Below, one piece after another: positions 52,263 to 54,879 of a DNA stretch of 54,879 nt. A program made the position numbers and the translations under genes. The stretch is from an uncultured archaeon (GTDB lineage Archaea; Altiarchaeota; Altiarchaeia; IMC4; QMZM01). Each line of letters starts with the position of its first letter. The stretch's first letter is position 1. The stretch lies in the NCBI GenBank assembly GCA_964549685.1, contig CAZJVE010000008.1, forward strand, positions 1 to 54,879, written 5' to 3'. Below the pieces are notes generated by a model. That model did no database searches, was not told the origin of the DNA, and saw nothing but the letters and a program-made list of their open reading frames with translations.

Positions 52263-53234
52263 TCACCAGGCAACCTCGACCTCATCGGTTCGGAATTTTG
52301 GATTTACTACGGTCTCATCAAGCCCCTGCCGGATTCCGGCCTTGTGCATCAGCTGCCCTAGAAGGGCAATCATGACCCCGTTATCTCCACAGTAACCCTT
52401 CGGAACCCCGAATTTGGCACCGTGCTCCTTTGCCATCAGGGTCAGCATCTCCTGAAGCCGCTTGTTGTTGGCAACCCCGCCAGTGAGAAGGACCTCCTTC
52501 ATCTTAAGGTGAGCAAGGGCCCTCTCTGTAACCTCGGTAAGCATCGAGAACGAGGTCTCCTGCAAGGAAAAGCACAGGTCATTCAGTGAATTCTTTTTTG
52601 ACTTGAATTTTTCAACAGCATTTGTGAGAATTCCCGAGAATGAAAGGTCCGTACCCTTAACAACATATGGCAGCTCTACAAAATCCTTCCCCTCCTTCGC
52701 AAGGGCCTCTATCTTTGGGCCTGCAGGATGCTTCAGTCCGGTCTCCCTCCCAAACTTGTCCAGCATGTTGCCAATGCCTATGTCGAGAGTCTCGCCGAAT
52801 ATTCTATATCTGTTGTCCTTCAGCTTCAGAATCTGCGTATTCCCTCCCGAGACATAGAGAGTGAGTGGGTCCCTGAAGCCGCACAGGAACCTTCCAATCT
52901 CTATATGGGCTACACAGTGATTCACGCCGATGATTGGAATCTTGTGGTGCAATGAAAGGGCTCTCGCCCCGGTAGCAACCGTCCTGAGGCAGGGGCCAAG
53001 GCCAGGGCCCTGTGAGAATGAAATCAGCCCGACATCCTTGAATCCAAGCCCAGTCTCCTCCAGAGCGGAATCCAGGGAATTCCTCATACTCTCCCCAAGA
53101 AATTGCGCCGCCTCCCTCGGATGGATTCCGGCCTTCGGCTGATAGGTTGCATTGATATCGGCAAGGATCTTCCCCTCATCGATTATCCCAATTCCCAGAG
53201 TATGGGCCGTTCCCTCTATCCCAAGTGTAATCAT
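52263..53234 (-). CDS. kae1: KEOPS N6-threonylcarbamoyltransferase Kae1 (unfused)
   Basis: LGIEGTAHT, GIHPREAA, GPGLGPCL, VNHCVAHIEIG, GETLDIGIGN, DNGVMIA, FRTDEV. Confidence 0.97.
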   Translation of the reverse strand: MITLGIEGTAHTLGIGIIDEGKILADINATYQPKAGIHPREAAQFLGESMRNSLDSALEETGLGFKDVGLISFSQGPGLGPCLRTVATGARALSLHHKIPIIGVNHCVAHIEIGRFLCGFRDPLTLYVSGGNTQILKLKDNRYRIFGETLDIGIGNMLDKFGRETGLKHPAGPKIEALAKEGKDFVELPYVVKGTDLSFSGILTNAVEKFKSKKNSLNDLCFSLQETSFSMLTEVTERALAHLKMKEVLLTGGVANNKRLQEMLTLMAKEHGAKFGVPKGYCGDNGVMIALLGQLMHKAGIRQGLDETVVNPKFRTDEVEVAW

Positions 53235-53273
53235 CCTGCTTTAAGAATATCTAATTGAATAATATATATCAGA

Positions 53274-53786
53274 ATGAGCACCGGAATACTATCTGGAACA
53301 AAGGTCCTCGTCGGGGAATCGACGCTGAAGTCCTTCCTGAGGGAAAAGGGCTTCGGAGAAGAGAAAGGAGCAAGGCAGGAGGTTTCCCTAATCGAAGCGC
53401 TCTTCTTGCTCGAGAACGATAAGATGAAGGTCAACGACGGCAAGAAGAACCTCGACTTTGAGGATTTGCTGAAGAAAGGGAACAAGATAGAGAAGGAATT
53501 CTATTCCAAGTACGTTGTCTACAAGGATTTGCGAGACAGGGGCCTTCTTGTAAGGACCGGACTCAAATTCGGATCTGATTTTCGAGTATATGGGAGGGGC
53601 AGCGACGTTGGCTCAGGACACTCCAACTATCTGGTTCATGTAATCCCTGAGGAGTACAAGTGCTCCTTCCCTGAGCTCTCTAGGGCAATCAGGCTCTCGC
53701 AGAACGTCAACAAGCACATGATTTACGCAATAGTTGACGGGGAGGGGGACATAACATACTATCAGATTGACCGGGTTAAGCTGTAA
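53274..53786 (+). CDS. endA: tRNA-intron endonuclease (single alpha unit)
   Basis: SLIEALFL, YVVYKDLRDRG, GLKFGSDFRVY (Tyr), GHS (His), NVNK (Lys), VDGEGDITYY. Confidence 0.95.
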   Translation: MSTGILSGTKVLVGESTLKSFLREKGFGEEKGARQEVSLIEALFLLENDKMKVNDGKKNLDFEDLLKKGNKIEKEFYSKYVVYKDLRDRGLLVRTGLKFGSDFRVYGRGSDVGSGHSNYLVHVIPEEYKCSFPELSRAIRLSQNVNKHMIYAIVDGEGDITYYQIDRVKL

Positions 53787-53871
53787 TTCTGTAAGGGGCC
53801 GACACTATCCATTCTGATTATTTTTAAACATTGATTTTAGATATATAAGGATAATTGAACACATATCCCAA

Positions 53872-54879
53872 ATGGAAGTAAAAAACATACTCATTATCGG
53901 AACATTGCTTCTTGTATTTCTTTGCCTGGATGCGGCCAATGCGCAGGTAATTATCAACATAACCTCCCTCACAGAGGGCCAAACCCTGAATGACTCAACA
54001 CCCACCCTAAACATTACCGTAAGTCCTGCTGCACAACTCTGGTATAATCTGGATAACGAACCGGTAAACTATACTCTATGCTCTTCGTGCACATCTGTAG
54101 CCATAAACATATCTGAGGAGAACCAGGACGACCATGGCACAGAATACACAAAACTTCTCATGCACCTCGATTGTGACGCGATTGATGAATCCGGTTATGG
54201 TAATGACGGCCAGGTCTATGAAGCAAAATTCGTGGATGGGAAATTCAACCAGGCGTTGGAATTTGACGGTTATAATGACTACGTTAAAATCCCAGACTCA
54301 AGTAGTCTTAATATCACGAGGGAGATTACAATAGAGGCGTGGATTAAACCAAACTCAATGCCATATAACTTCAAGCAGATTCTAAGAAAAGAGGGGAGCT
54401 ATGTGCTGGAGATAACCTCTGATAACAAACCACAGTTCAACATATGGAACAATGGTGACTGGTCTAATGCGGCTATGGGTACGACGGTGCTACATTCTGA
54501 CACATGGTATCATCTTGCAGGTACATATTCTCTTGGAGAACTCAAGGTGTATCTTAATGGAGTTGCCGATGGCAATTCTTCAAGATGCTGCCTTGGCATC
54601 GATTCTAGCACCAATAATGTCCTTATGGGGGTAGCCAAGTCTAATCACCTTCCCTTTAACGGCACAATAGATGAGGTCAGGGTAATGAACAAAAGTCTGT
54701 CGGGAAATGAAATCAGGTCAGATTACGGACTTGATAACGGCTCCCATGCAGTGACTGTTTACGCGGAAGCCAACAATATTACAGTGAACTTGACAAGGAG
54801 CTTTAATATTGAGCTAACAACCAGCACCACCTCCACCAGCACAACAAGCACTACCTCATCCACATCAACAAGCACCACT
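53872..54879 (+). CDS. Secreted LamG/concanavalin-like domain protein (3' partial)
   Basis: Open frame from ATG 53872 to the window end: signal peptide, GKFNQALEFDG.NDYV.IP, ITIEAWIKP, WYHLAGTY, FNGTIDEVRV, then a Thr/Ser linker. Confidence 0.85.
   Translation, partial: MEVKNILIIGTLLLVFLCLDAANAQVIINITSLTEGQTLNDSTPTLNITVSPAAQLWYNLDNEPVNYTLCSSCTSVAINISEENQDDHGTEYTKLLMHLDCDAIDESGYGNDGQVYEAKFVDGKFNQALEFDGYNDYVKIPDSSSLNITREITIEAWIKPNSMPYNFKQILRKEGSYVLEITSDNKPQFNIWNNGDWSNAAMGTTVLHSDTWYHLAGTYSLGELKVYLNGVADGNSSRCCLGIDSSTNNVLMGVAKSNHLPFNGTIDEVRVMNKSLSGNEIRSDYGLDNGSHAVTVYAEANNITVNLTRSFNIELTTSTTSTSTTSTTSSTSTSTT

Noticed and set aside
43523-52266. Genomic island integrated at tRNA-Trp
   Set aside because: No integrase, no visible duplicate of the tRNA 3' end, and similar composition to the flanks.
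155-54634. Numerous antisense and alternate-frame ORFs in the track (e.g. 779-1345, 10490-11179, 21395-21973, 34633-35265, 40560-41213, 54134-54334)
   Set aside because: They are shadows of well-supported genes on the other strand or frame, with Ser/Phe/Pro-rich antisense composition and no motifs.

Overview
This is a compact archaeal chromosomal segment. Archaeal markers include Spt5, uL11/uL1/P0, RadA, LonB, Hel308, Elp3, MBF1, Dph5, Kae1, EndA, phosphopantothenate synthetase, an intron-containing tRNA-Trp and a stand-alone 5S rRNA. The combination of MfnB, a Methanococcus-type S-layer-domain protein, a VirB2-like pilin, PrgI/VirB4 genes and Thr-rich secreted proteins suggests a DPANN-type archaeon, possibly Altiarchaeota; this is inference, not verified. 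I found no CRISPR array, integrase or transposase. Five things stand out. (1) A ~120-nt highly structured, non-5S RNA lies directly behind the 5S rRNA, closed by a copy of the 5S terminal helix. (2) An apparently undescribed membrane operon encodes SPFH, an HxsD-like protein, a degenerate Mrr-nuclease/DUF318-permease fusion and a partner permease. It follows a PrgI-VirB4 pair whose VirB4 has a nuclease-fold tail. (3) The tRNA-Trp intron holds a circularly permuted box C/D guide that matches the spliced tRNA. (4) A Cys-rich, hyper-acidic S-layer/hamus-like gene has repeated operator-like motifs next to a membrane-anchored wHTH protein. (5) There are several small duplications, palindromes and an unannotated micro-ORF. 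All product calls come from motif recognition by eye; no database searches were run.
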